From the NCBI RefSeq assembly GCF_009914755.1, contig NC_060935.1: 64,000 nt of DNA. One strand, given 5' to 3'. Numbering within the stretch: position 1 is the first letter of the stretch; every line of letters begins with the position of its first letter. The notes beneath the pieces were generated by a model. The model was given only the letters and a program-made list of their open reading frames with translations, searched no databases and was not told where the DNA came from. Source of the DNA: the human T2T-CHM13v2.0 reference genome, Homo sapiens. Shown here in pieces: positions 1 to 14,344 of this stretch. The translations under genes and the position numbers were made by a program.

Positions 1-3000
1 TGCTGTGGGAACATTTCAGAAGCCTGTGACCTGACTTTTTTCTCTGCAGGTAACTGCAGGATGAGTGGTTTTTTGAAAAACCCAATTCTGAGCATTTTGG
101 TCTACCACAAACTAGAGGAGAAGGCAGAAGTGCCATCTAAATGGGTTTGGGTCACACACAAAGCATCACAAGGCCGCTTTGTGGGGTAAGTTATAATGCT
201 GCCCTGCTCTTCAAAGCAAAGCCACATGCATATATCTGGCATATGTGCAGGATAAGAATTCATTCTCTTTTTCTCTCACACTCCTAGGCAACCTGGATTA
301 GGTCCAGGGCATGAATTGTGACACCTTCCATTACAAACTCCAAATGCAGAATGTGTTACCGGAGTTGTCTCCCTGGAACCTTTTAGGGTGAATGATGGAG
401 ACTCCTTTCCTGAGATGAGATCTTGCCACTTGCTCCCCGGCCAAACCAGCCAAAGCCTCAGGGGCCAAATGCACATGCTCGTGAGTATAGCAATTCAGAG
501 CATGGACTTTGGAGCCAAACTCAACGGAGTTCAAATCTGGACCTTGCTACTTACTAGCTGGGTGCAACTCAGAGGAAGTTACTCCACTTCCCTGATCCTC
601 CATTTTCTCTTCTGTAAAATGGGAATAATAGTAGTGTCTATGTTGTAACATTAAAGAAGACCTAGGATATGCTTTTAGCACCTATCATACATTAGCTATT
701 AACTCAGTATTATATTTGCTGTATCATTGTGGGAAAATCACGGAATCTCTCCGAGCCCCAGTTTCCTCATCTGTAAAATGGGGGTAATGCTGCATCCTCG
801 AGAGTGTTGGGAACATTCTGTGAGCCAATGTATACAAATTGCTTAGCCCAAAATATGGCAACTAGTGAGAGCTCAATTCATGAAGGTGATTATTACTTTC
901 CTGCCTTTTCCTTTCCACAGCTTCTCTCCTAATTCAGGCCTACTTTCCTTTTGTCTGGCCACCAAAATAGCTTATCTGGCCACCCTGAGTCTCTCTCCCT
1001 CTTTCTGCTGTAGCTCATCCTGCATACAGTCGCCAGAACAATTTTACATCAACACGGCTTTTATCACTTCCCACACCTGCTGAGGAGCCCACTGCGGTTA
1101 GAAGATCGAAACACCCCAGCCTGTTATTTAAAGCTTTGCACGCTGAGATGTGTGCTTTGCATCTTTTCTGTCCAGCCAGTCACCTTATTCCTCATCTACC
1201 TTTGTGCCTACTGCCTCTGTGTGCTAGATGTTGTCGCATGCCCCTCCCAGCTCTCCTGTTAAGAGCACCACTTAGTTTTAATAATTGATTTGAAATGAAA
1301 CCCACTTCTTTCAAAAATTCGCCCTGACACCTTTACCCTCCTCATTCCTTTATGCCTTGTCTTAGCAGCCTTTGGGGCTATAGCCAGCACTGGTCTCATG
1401 CAGCTTTGAGTAAATTTCCTTGTCCTGAAAAGCCACCGAGTGTAGTGGAAAGGGCTTGAGGCTTTGGAGGTCTGACAGATTTGGATTCAGATCTTAGCTC
1501 TGCCACTTACTAGCTGAGACATCTTGGGAATGTTATTTTACTTCTCAATGTTCTCACCAAATAGGAATTTATAAACTGGGAATACTGTCATTATTCCCAG
1601 TTTACAAATGGGGACATTGAGAGGTGAGATAACACATGAGATTATTATTACATAAAGTTCTTAGTATCACATCTGGCATTTAGCTGCTTACATATTACAG
1701 TTCCCTTCCCCTTGTTGTTTCATTTGTGCATGGTTTTTTGCTTTGCCAGAATACAGGCTCCTTAGGTGCAGGGCCCGGATGTTTTGTCTGTGTACCTTAG
1801 CCCCCTGAGTTGGTATATGCTAGGTGGTGCTTTGGTAACTTACAGGCCCAAGTCTCAGCAGTTTCAAACAATAGAGGTTTGTTTCCCACTTGCTTTGTAG
1901 GTCCGTGATGGATTAGTAGGGCAGGCGTCTCTCATCTTAGTTACCCAGGGAGCTAGGCCACTCACATTTCACTGGCCAAAGCCCATCACCTAGCCAGATC
2001 AGAACTTCTAAGGGGCCAGGGAAGTGTAATCCTATTGTGTATCTGGAAGGAGAGAAATTCAGGAACATTTTCAACCACCTAGTGACCACCATATCCTCCA
2101 GGTCCTATCTCAGGTTTCCTGTGTGGAGATGTCTGTTGGCAAGCCTGGTGCCACCACTGGGCATATGGTTTACTCCCAGGACTTGGAGTCTTGGTGATTA
2201 GATACAGTCCTATTCTCCATGGGTTCATGGTTGCCCAACTGTAATTCACAATCTCTGCCAGAAACCCAGTGTGAATCCACTTGTCTTAGAACTCAACCAT
2301 ACCCCTACCAGTAAGGACACAATGAAGACAATAGCTTTGTCCCATCTGAAAAAATAAGCAATGTTCAGGGATTCCCAGTTCTCTAAAACTCTGTCATCCT
2401 TGACTCATTCATTCAGTCCACAATACTAGATTTGTGGAGATTTGCTGTGTGTCAAGCACAATTTTATTTACAACAATACGGTGATACTAAGACAGATGTG
2501 GTCCCTGCCTGTTCAGACCTGACAATTAGGCGGAGAAGGCAGTAGTCTAAAATAATTAACAGAATGGGCTCTGGAGTCAGACAGCTCATCACTGGGCTTG
2601 CATTTCTTCCAATCAACCTTGGGAAAGTTCCTAAACCTCTCTGTACCTCAGTCTTACCATGTGCAAAGTGGGAGTGAGGACCATACTTCTGTTATAGAGC
2701 TTTTTAAAAGAGGAAATGAGGTTGGTAATCCATATAGAACATTTCATAAAGACATCAGCTTCTAGAAAGCCCTTGGTAAATGTTAGCCACGGCTGCTATC
2801 ATCATCTTCATCATCATCATTACCATCATTAGTAGTAACAGTAGGAGTATTTAGGATGAATAGTGGTAGGATGAGGAAGATGTTGAGCCAGCAGGGAAAG
2901 TTGTGCATTTTTCTAGAAGCATCGTACTATGTTGGCATTGCACATAAGTCCATGAAAACCTATTTCTTATGGACCAGAAGCACACTGTGAACACCACCAT

Positions 3001-5382
3001 TCTAGTTACACCTAACCACTGTTTATAACATTGTGCAGGGTCCAGCTCATCCCCTGTTATTGGCCATTTATGTTGTTCCAACTGATTCTCTGTTGTTGGC
3101 CCCTGAAGTCCCACCGTCTAATTCCTTTTGAACATTCAAGTAGCTTTTCATGATTAAGGCTCAGAGTATAGAAAGAACAGCTGAATAGGAATTGAACATT
3201 TTAAAATAGGGAGAAAGGACTCATAATTCTAAAAGCCAGACTAAAGGGCTGCAAAACAGCCCTTCGATGCATCAGACTTGTGCCTGTGTATATTTGTTCA
3301 TGGCCTGACTTTGAGTCACTGTTCTTAAGGAAAAATATATTCTAAATCCCTCTGTGGCTCCCCTCCTCAGTCACCCAAGACACTTGACCCAGCAGTGACA
3401 TGGTGAATTTGGCATTGAAGCAGGAAAGACAGGAGAGCCAGAGACATGCCACTGTTAATTCCCCATATGTGCATAAAATTCAGATACCTCTGGGTCTATA
3501 TTTACTTGTGTTTAGCATCTGCACGTAAAGAAAGGGAAGTTACCCCCTGCTACCTCCCATCAGTCAAGCATCACCTGATTCAAGGACATACTAAGCCACA
3601 GTCAGCCCATCCCAACTTTTTGCCAAAATGCCTACCCCAAAAGACAAAAAAAAAAAAAAAGCATACCCCATCCAAAAAGCTGGCCTAATTAAATCCTGAC
3701 AGACTGCTGCTCTATTTCACAGCTGCCTAGTAGCTGGGTCTGTTTCTGAGCTCTGGCAGGAATAGGATACATCTGGCTTTACTGAGTTATCTAATATCTT
3801 TGGCATGAGCCAGAAAATGGTGGAAATGGTAGAAAATGTGTTCTTTTCTTACTCTAAGACACAAGGGAGTTGGAAAAAGCACATTTTTTTCCTCCACATT
3901 TAAAAATGACTAGAAGGTGAGAGAGAAAGAGAGAAAGCTCACCTGCAGCCGGTGAAGTCACGCTTTTGCATTCCGTTTGTAGGACAAGTTGTCAGTGTGC
4001 GATGATTTCCATAGGCTTTGAAATGGGGTAGCAGTTTAAACATATCAAATGCTTAATGAAGTGAGGCCCCATCTCATCGGTATTCAGTGTGGCACTAACA
4101 TTACATACGCTAATCCTGAAACAATAAGCTATAAGGAGAGCCTCGCTTTCTGGGTTTGAAATGAATGGAGCAGTCTGAATTCTTCCAGTTTTATCTCCTG
4201 CTTTAACCTGGAATGATGCCAGCATGTTGGGTTTTACCCTGGAGAATTCATATCATGTGAAAAACTTAAATCAGGTCTGTCTGCTGGTACACGCAGTCCT
4301 AATCCGTTAAATATTTCTAGCTAACAATGCACGTGGGGCTCTTCAGCTCTGCATACAGTCATGTTCTGCTAAGTCCATGCAAATATAACCACTTCTGCCT
4401 GCTTTTTTGAGGGAGGGATCAGTAATGCCTACATGGTTTTACCCAAATCCCTCATGCGACATACAAGGCTCTTGGCATATCTTAACCCTGGTGGTAGCTC
4501 CCTATCCATTCTCTAGGACCTGGCTCTCTTACTGTGAGCTTGGGAAGGTTTCAAATGAGAGATTGCTTCACTTTCATTGGTCATTTAAAAGGAACCACAA
4601 CTCTTGACTTTATCAAGTGATAGAAACTTGAGCCCAGAGTCCCGGCTGTAGAATGTCTAAAGAGAATGCCACTGAACCCCATCATTCCCTACGCCCTTCT
4701 GCATTCAGAAAAATTAAAAACATTAGGACTTGTGTGAACCATGTATGGGGCATTTTTCTTCAGAGTCAAGCACTGCTGTCTGAAAAAGAACACTTCTTTC
4801 CAGAAAACTCTGTTTTTTCAGAACAACCTCTTTCATTCTGCTGCCTCATTCCCAGAGGAGTGATTTTGTATTTCCCCTCATCCAAACACGGAGATGACTT
4901 TTTCAGGATTGTAAAAAGGAATGTGTGATCAATCTTTTATTTAATACATATTTATGAGGTGCCTCTGTGTGTGAAGTTAAGTGCTGGGTAAAAGGGCAGT
5001 GTAGCATCACAGTCGCAAGCATGGATTCGAGAGTCCAACTGCCCGGGTTGATAACTGTGTGAGGTTGTGCTGGGTACACAGTCTTTCTGTGCTGTGGTTT
5101 CCCCTTCAGGAAAATGGGGCTGTTGACCATACTGACCTCATAACGAAGTCCTTGGGGTCTGACACCTAGCAGGTACTAAGCAAGTGTTAGCTGCCACTGC
5201 TGCCATTTCTGCTCCTGCTGCTCTGCTGTTGATCTCATTACTGTTACCTTCATCTTTACTATTATTAGGTGCTGGGAACAAAGTTGTCCACCAAAACAAA
5301 GCGAAACTATACCCACCATGGTTCCTGTCCTTATGGAGCACCAAGTTTCCTGAGGGAGGCATACACTGAATAAAAGACTATA

Positions 5383-5687
5383 GACCAGGTATAGTGGCTC
5401 ATGCTTGTAATCCCAACGCTTTTGGAAGCTAAGCAGGAGGATGGCTTGAGGCCAGCTGTTCAAGACCAGCCTGGGCAACAGAGCAAGTCCCCATGTCTTA
5501 AAAAAAAAAAAAAAGAAATTAACTGGGCGTGGTGGCACACACCTGTAGTCCCAGCTACTCAGGAGGCTGAGGCAAGAGGATTGCTCCATCCCAGAAGTTC
5601 AAGGCTGCAGTGAGCTATGTTTGTACTGCTGCACCCCAGCCTGGGCAACAGAGGGAGACCCTGTCTCTAAAAAATACCAAACAAACA
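5383..5687 (+). mobile_element. AluJ-type SINE
   Basis: Diverged dimeric Alu with A-rich linker and tail. Confidence 0.9.
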
Positions 5688-5992
5688 GAAGATTGTAGTA
5701 AATGTATAACTCTAGCATGTGCTATGATGAAAGAGAGATAACTAGATTTAGGTGAACATGAATAAGGGGATCTGTCATAAGCATGAAGGTCATCAAATGC
5801 TTTTCTGAAGAGCAGATGATTGACCTGAGATGAAGGAGAGGTCTTAATTCAATACAAGATCATTAACTCAGAAAATATAGAAAAATAATAATACCCCCTT
5901 CACATTGCATATAATTTATCCATCCAATCATAGCCATTATTAACATTTTGCTATATATAGCCCTCTACACCTTCTTTATGAATGGTTAGAAA

Positions 5993-6011
5993 TACACACA
6001 CACACACACAC
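5993..6011 (+). repeat. (CA)n microsatellite
   Basis: TACACACACACACACACAC. Confidence 0.9.
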
Positions 6012-6135
6012 TTTCTCATCAACATAAATGGCATCCTGCTCTCGTAAAAGATATACTGTCCACTAATGTGCTGTCTTTACCAAGCAGCATGCTGAGGATA
6101 CCTTTCTGTGTCAGCCAGCAGGACCAACATCCTGA

Positions 6136-6818
<683 letters not shown>

Positions 6819-7184
6819 ACAGCACCTTATTTCTTAAAATACCTTTCATATTCCTGGAGCCAGAGCACTAAAGGATCCTGTTAAAGAATTTGCTCCTAGG
6901 GTCTTAAGAGACTCCCGAATCTTAGGAGCCTCTTAGAGGATGGATTGTTTCTTCTGAAATTGTTGAAGGCTCAGATCACGAAAGTCACCTTTATAGAAGA
7001 TACTTCTATGGGCTTAAAAAGAAATCAATGTCTTTGTGCTATGTTAATTTGCTTTCCACCTCTTTCTCCTCCTCATCTACTCAATACAAGTTGATTCATT
7101 CATCTCCTCTGTGGTACGATCGAAGACATCTCTCAATGAGGGTCCCTGTTATATAATGTTAGGAGTAGCAGGAAGCTGTGGTTC

Positions 7185-7231
7185 TACACACACACACACA
7201 CACACACGCACGCACGCGTGCGCGCACACGC
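7185..7231 (+). repeat. (CA)n/(CG) compound alternating purine-pyrimidine tract
   Basis: 47 bp of uninterrupted Y/R alternation. Confidence 0.92.
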
Positions 7232-7464
7232 TTTCTGGCTCATTCCAGGTGGATTGACAGCCGCTGCTTAGCATGTCACAGGCCTCAACCTTCTAACAGT
7301 AGCCCGTCCAGCTTCCTTTGTGTCATAAAGAGTTGTCTTCTCCCTCTTGAGTTGATTTTTCTCTTATATTTTCCTTTATATTCTCACAGCTTAACCCTGA
7401 GTCAGTCCAAAATGAATAAAGTGAGTAACCAAGGTCATCTAATAAAATTGTGGAATGATCTCAC

Positions 7465-8122
7465 AGTCTGCTTAGGCTGCCATAACAAAATACCATAGAC
7501 TGGAGCCAGGTGTGGTGGCTCATGCCTGTAATCTCAGCACTTTAGGAGGCTGAGGTGGGCAGATCTCTTGAGGTCAGGAGTTCAAGAACAGGCCGGCCAA
7601 CATGGTGAAACCCCATCTCTACTAAAAATACAAAAATTAGCTGGGTGTGGTGGCATGCACCTGTAGTCCTAGCTACTTGGGAGTCTGAGGCAGGAGAATC
7701 ACTTGAACCAGAAAGGCGGATGTGTAGTGAGCCAAGATCGTGCCACTGCATTTCAGCCTGGGTGACACAGCAAGACTCCATCTAAAAAAAATAATAAATT
7801 AAAAATTAAAAAAACAGACCAGGTGGCTTAAACAACAGAAATTTTCAGTTTTGGAGGCTGAAAGTCCAAGATCAAGGCCCGCCAATTCAGTTCCTAGTAA
7901 GGGCCCTCCTGGCTTATAGACAGCCAGCTTTTCATGGCGTCCTCCTCAGCACGCACTCCGGTGTTCCCTCTTCACTGGGGCGCTAATCCTAGCATGGGGG
8001 TCCCACTCTCAGGACCTCATTACTCCCTAACCTCCCAAAGGCTTCATCTTAACCACCATCACACTGGGGGTTAGGACCTCAACATATGAATTGAGGGGGA
8101 TACATACATTCAGTCCATAACA
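7465..8122 (-). mobile_element. MaLR LTR (MLT1A/MST-like), split by an Alu
   Basis: GGCTGCCATAACAAAATACCATAGACTG ... GGCTTAAACAACAGAAATT ... GTCCAAGATCAAGG ... CATTCAGTCCATAACA. Confidence 0.8.
7504..7814 (+). mobile_element. AluS-type SINE inserted in a MaLR LTR
   Basis: Full dimeric Alu interrupting MLT1/MST-like sequence. Confidence 0.92.
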
Positions 8123-9666
8123 ATCCGTTTTCAGGACTCAGGGTCAAGAAAGGCATGGCCAAGATACCACAGCTGGCAAAAGCTAAAATCTGAACTGCCA
8201 AGATGGCAGGCCATCAGGAAAAGGATGGAGAGGCAACATGGTGATGGGGTGGGGGAAGACAGTGTTGGCACCAAATGCCCGCTCTGCCACTTGCTGGCTG
8301 TGTGAACTTAGGAGCATACTTAATTTCTCTGAACTTGCCTTTCCTTCTCTCTCAAAGTGGGGCCGATGGTGCTCAACCCATGGGCTTGCAGTAAGTGTTC
8401 TTCTATCAATCAGCCAGTCAAGAAATAATGATAGATTTATATGTCAGGAACTCTTAGGTGATGAAATTAAATGAAACTCTTGCTTATGCTGAAAGCTCAG
8501 TGCAGGACATGGTAGACACATGATCAATGTCTCCTTCCTGGTCCCACGCAGAAGGGATCCCCAAAACAGGATTAGTGGGAGTAACTCAAATAAAAGACCT
8601 GATGGGAACAGAGTGCAGTAACAGAGGGGGAGAAAGAAATGTTTTCTGTTGGTTTGCTGAGCATGAAAGTGAAGTTTCTTGCATGCCAGATTGCAGTTGG
8701 GTCCTGAAAATGGGGACCAGTAGAGTTATTTGAAGGTAGAAGTGTGATGGAGTGACAATGGAAACCACATGCTGGTCTTCTTTGAAGGCTGGAGATGTAA
8801 TTTCTGAAGGACAACATGATAAACCAGCAACCAGAAGACAGCTGGACCACTGACAGCCCTCCCCACTCAATACAAGTCTTTGTTGCTGTATGGTAGAAAA
8901 AATAGAGATGTGAGTTCTGAGACATTTATGGGACTGGCCTTTTATTATAGCTTGACAAGTACAACACTGCACTCAAGTTAGAAGTAATCACATCACATTT
9001 TTAGTGCCCATTGTAAGTCTGAAAAACCAGATTTGCCATAATGCCTGGTAGTGGGATTTTTTTGTTGTGGGTTTTTGTGGGGTTTTTTGTATCTTTTAAA
9101 TTAATTTTCAATTAAGTTTTGAAAGGACAAAGTGTAAAATTAACTAACTTGCAATTAATTTCAACAGTCATTATGCAAAAATTCTAGGCATGTGAAAGAT
9201 GGGGAGCACGGAATAATTAGGCGTGGATTTTTTCACTTCCATAATTACAACGATGAATATGCATGAAACCATTTGGGAAAGGAACACACAGCAAGCAATT
9301 GTATTTAATTAAACTTCTAGCTGGCTTAGCCAGGCAAGCCTGCCTTGTGTTGTGTTGTAGTCTCCTCAAACTATTAGCAAAGTCTTTCCAAACAAATAGC
9401 ACCCCAAAATATAAAAGAGGCAGTTGCTGGAAAGGAGGCAGTCGCGGATGTGGTTTTTCTCAACTCTTCCTTTAATTTTCAGATTTCTAGCTTCCTTGGA
9501 CCTTAGGCATAGCATGCATCATTGTCCAGGTGTGACCTGAACAGCAATACCTTGGAATAGATTTTTATGGCAAATAAGCACAGCTCAGCCTTATGCAAAT
9601 GCCACTTTGTTTCATTTCCACCTTGTGTCAAAGACCCCTCCTTGGGTACTTCCTGGGGACATCTTT

Positions 9667-9957
9667 TTTTTTTTTTTTTTTAAGACGGAGTTTCACTCTT
9701 CTCGCCCAGGCTGTAGTGCAATGGCAGGATCTCAGCCCACTGCAACCTCCACCTCCCAGGTTCAAGCAATTCTGCCTCAGCCTCCGGAGTAGCCAGAATA
9801 AAAGGTGTGCACCACCACGCCCAGCTAATTTTTGTATTTTTAGTAGAGAAGGCTACTATGTTGGCCATGCTGGTCTCAAACTCCTGACCTCAGGTGATCC
9901 ACCCGCCTCAGCCTCCCAAAGTGCTGGTATTACAGGTGTGAGCCACCGCGCCTGGCA
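9667..9957 (-). mobile_element. AluS-type SINE
   Basis: Poly-T plus dimer; TSD GGGGACATCTTT (9655-9666, 9958-9969). Confidence 0.93.
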
Positions 9958-10545
9958 GGGGACATCTTTATCTATAATGCAGGATGTAGGAATTGGACTA
10001 TAGCAGGAATACCCAATAATAATAGTAACAGCACCTCTCACGGTTGAGCCATTCCTACAGGCCAGAGATGCTGACCACTTGACATGCATCTTTCATCTTC
10101 CTAGTCACCGAAGTTTGAGACTTGAGGAACTTGTTCAGAGTCACTTGCGTAGCAAATGGCAGAGGGAGATTTGAACCACAGATCCTGAGATCTGTGTGCT
10201 GTGTGCCACTCATTCACTATCATTTTTCTCCAACTTGAGAAAAAGAAGGAAATTATTGTAAGTCCCCACTTTTCATTTTTCTTCAACTTGAGAAAAAGAA
10301 GGAAATTATTGTAAGTCCCCAGTTTAGGCTGTAGATGGAATTCATGCATCTCCCTTGTTTTTCCAAGGTCACCTTCATACTACAGATAGATGTCCCAGGG
10401 GCACCTAAGTCAGTAAAGTCAGACCCTGACAGGGAGCTAGGAAGAAGGACACGGCAGAGGGGGATGTGATGGTGGCACTGGCAGCAGCAGCTGCAAATAT
10501 TTAATGACCCCTTAGACTGTTTGCCAGGCACTGTGCTACATACTT

Positions 10546-10887
10546 ATTTAATTATGTGTTTTTATTTGTCTTAAGAGACAGAGTCTTGCTCTGTCGCCCA
10601 GGCTGGAGTGCAATGGTGCCGTCATAGCACACTGTGACCTCAAACTCCTGGGCTCAAGCGATCCTCCCTCCTTAGCCTCCTGAGTAGCTAGGTTTACAGG
10701 AGCATGCCACCATGCCCAGCAAATTTTTAAATTTTTTATAGAGACAGTGTCTCACTGTGTTGCCCAGGCTGGAGTACGGTAGTGCAATCATAGTTCACCG
10801 TGACCTTGAACTCCTGGCCTCAAGCGATCCTCCCATCTCAGCCTCCAAAAGTGCTGAGATTACAGGTGTGAGCCCCCGCGTCCAGCC
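10546..10887 (-). mobile_element. AluJ-type SINE with atypical left arm, inserted in a MIR
   Basis: TSD CTGTGCTACATACTT (10531-10545, 10888-10902); MIR core TTTTACAGATGAGGAAA continues at ~10960. Confidence 0.9.
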
Positions 10888-12110
10888 CTGTGCTACATAC
10901 TTTATAACGACCATGTCTGATCTTCACAAACACCTCATGAGATGCATGCTCTTATCCTTCATTTTACAGATGAGGAAAACAGGCTCAGGAGTTTAAGTAA
11001 CTTGCCACAGTTGCAAAGCCAATAAATCGTAGAGCCAGGATTCAGACATGGGTCTGTCAGCCTCCAGAGTCTGTGGTCTGTGTTGGATGTCAGTGCATCA
11101 TCGTCTCAACTCCTTTTTAATGTCCATGGGCACCCATCCAACAGGTAGGAAAACCTGGCCCAACAAAGGCAGTCTTTAATTTTGCTCACTGGTGGTAAGA
11201 GCCGGAGTGCGAGTGTTGGACATCTTGGAAAATTTCCCCAGGCGGCACATGAGATGATATTTGGATACTTGCAAAGAACTTTCTAGAATCTCCACAGCAA
11301 AGAGTTAAAGAAGTGTAGATTGTCCCTCACTGTAATGATTACGGGGTCTTGTTTTTATTTAACATGGAGCACTTTGTCTGAGCTTCTCATTTCCAAATGC
11401 ATAACCCCAGAAGGCTTCTCCACCCTTGCCCCTTCACTGTTAGGTCACAACATCTCAGCTAGTGACTTTCTTTGGTTTGGGAAGCACACTTTTTGAGGTC
11501 AGCTGTTACTTTCTGGAATAGTGTGTGATTTCTGAAGGCAGTTACAGCTCACCAGAGGGGCCAGGATGGGCCCCAGTGAATGCTGGTTCAACGGCACTTT
11601 TCCAATTCTCATTAAGCACAATGGCTTTTAGTTTAAAAAAAAAAAAAATCCATCACAGACGTACATACCAGACTGCCATTAGCTGACCCGGGGAGAACCT
11701 TTTGCCAAGTGAAGCAATTTCCTTCTTCTGTAGTTAAAGCAATTTGGGGGCTGAATGTATTTATGGGCAAACTTGGTGAAGTGAGACAGAAGCATTTTAC
11801 AATGTGCATGTCAGAGGAAAATCGGAGGCTCTGGGCAGAACATCCTGGGTATCCCCTTGTCATAAATATGGCATAGCAAGGGGGTCAGGTCCAAGCCATC
11901 TCTTCCTGCTATATCCGGGGCAGCATAAAGAGACCAGGAAACTGAGGTACAAAGAAGGTAAGTAGTTGGCCCAAAGTGGAAAAACGAGCCAACCAGTGGC
12001 CAAACAGTTCCAGGCTTGGTCCTTCTTCTCCTCCCATGTCCTTCCTACACTTAGACAACTCGTGCTCTTCTTTGGCATGTTGGGTTTTTCTTGATGTCAT
12101 TGGAGTTTCT

Positions 12111-12420
<310 letters not shown>

Positions 12421-14344
12421 TAATGGTTTCAGTTTTCCTCTGGTTCTTAAGTTTGCAAAGTTTTCCTAAGCTATCATTTCAGTATTTGGACATTCCTGTC
12501 TCCTGCCAGACAGTCACTTGGGTTGTCACATTGGCACTTGTTCTGCAGAAGTCCCTTGAGCACCTATGACAACAGGCTGGAGCCGCCTATTCTTGCCCCC
12601 GCCCTAATGCACAGCCCCCATCTTCCCCTCAGGTTCCCAGGTTCTTCCTCCTCTTCATTTATAAGTGACTTGAAACTAAGAGGAAACTAAGATTTATAGT
12701 TTCCAAGCTCAGCTGGGACTCCAGCGCCATGTTCTGTTCATTTTGGTTTTGCCTTATTCTTAATGGTAACAGAAACCTACGAATTTAGGACAGATTAAGG
12801 CAACAAAGCCATTCTGTGTTCTCCGTGGGGCCGGGGGATTCCTGCCTTTAGCTGAGCTTACCCCACATTTGACTGTCATCATTATGAATGCCCCAAGGCA
12901 GCTTACAGCTTTCTCTTCCTAGAGGAAAAGCCCAGTATTGTGGCTCTTTTCGTGCTCCCCTCTGCGTCTTGAAAAGTGAATTCCAAGGAGTAGGACAGTC
13001 ACCGGCTTCACACAGCCCTGTCATTGTCTTGGTGTCCCTGATGAAGGGCTGTTGAAGGACTTTTATCCACAGAGAGAATTGATAATGGTGGAGATGCCAC
13101 AGATGACAGTATCTTTAGCTGAAGGTGTGAAGTTGAGGGATGTAAGCAGAAGGAAGCAAGAAGGTCCACAGCATCTCCTGTTATTCCCCCAAAGTCTTTA
13201 CAGATCAAAAAAGGGTTTAAGAGCTGTTGTCTGCCATCAAGCAAGATGCCTCAGAATAGCTCCATTTGGGGCCTGTGCTGCTGAGACCACAAGGGAAGTT
13301 TGTAATTATGACTGATTATGGGTTTTTCTCCTCGGAAGCCAATGAAAAAATACAATTAGCTGAGTCTCCCTTTATCTCCCTCATTTGTGTGTTCAATTAG
13401 TGCAATTGGACATAGATACTGTTACAAGAGGAGCTTTGCCGGCAATGATAGGGTGGCCAGCAAATGCTCAGAAGCGATGAGTAGAATATTAATTGACATG
13501 AATCTTGTTTATGCTCCTGCCTGGAAGTTCCTGCTCCCTGGGTCTCCAGTACAGATTTTCCGTTGGTGTTAACAGCGGTGTCTCCTTGTTGCTCTGGGTG
13601 GAAGTATCACCAGAAGAAGCACTTGATGTATGAAAATAGCAGAATTAAGCTAGAGGCCCTCAACTTTTGGTCTGGAGTTATTTCTTATTTCTTCTCAACT
13701 TAGAAATTCAAAAATTGGAGAGGAAAATCATGAAGAGTCGAGAAAATTACATCCTTGTTAGAGAAGCAAACATTCATTCTTGAAATATCGAGTGGTGATA
13801 ATAATGCTTCTAAGAGTTAATACTGTATGCGGTAGGTGCTGGGGCTGCCTGTTGGTCCTGAACCCATCATTTAAGGCTTATTACTACATATTAGCTTTAC
13901 AGATATTTTAGAATACTAATATATATGTGCAAGGCTGAGCTAAGTGCTTAGCAGTGAGAGGGATGGGTTATAAACATGACTGAGAGGAGAATCCAGCCCT
14001 TGACAAGTTTAATGTTTGCTTTACGGAAGACTAGCTATGTCCGTAACTCTACAACGTGGGAGAGAGTAAGATGTGCCATGACATGGGTCAGGTAAAGCAC
14101 AGTGGGAGGCAGAGGCAGAGCGTGGTTATTTCTAGTTAGGGAACTCAGGGGAGAAGTCAAGGAGAAAGTGGCTTAGTGGCCATTTGAATCTTGAAGGCTG
14201 GCCAGATGTGAACAGGAGGTCATGTTGGCCAAGAGAGCATCAGGCTCTTATACGAGGTCAAGAGAGCGTCAGTCCTAGGAAGGAAGCACCTCTAGAATGA
14301 TTTACCTGTACAGCCCTGTCACTAGCAAGACTTGTTGATTTTAC

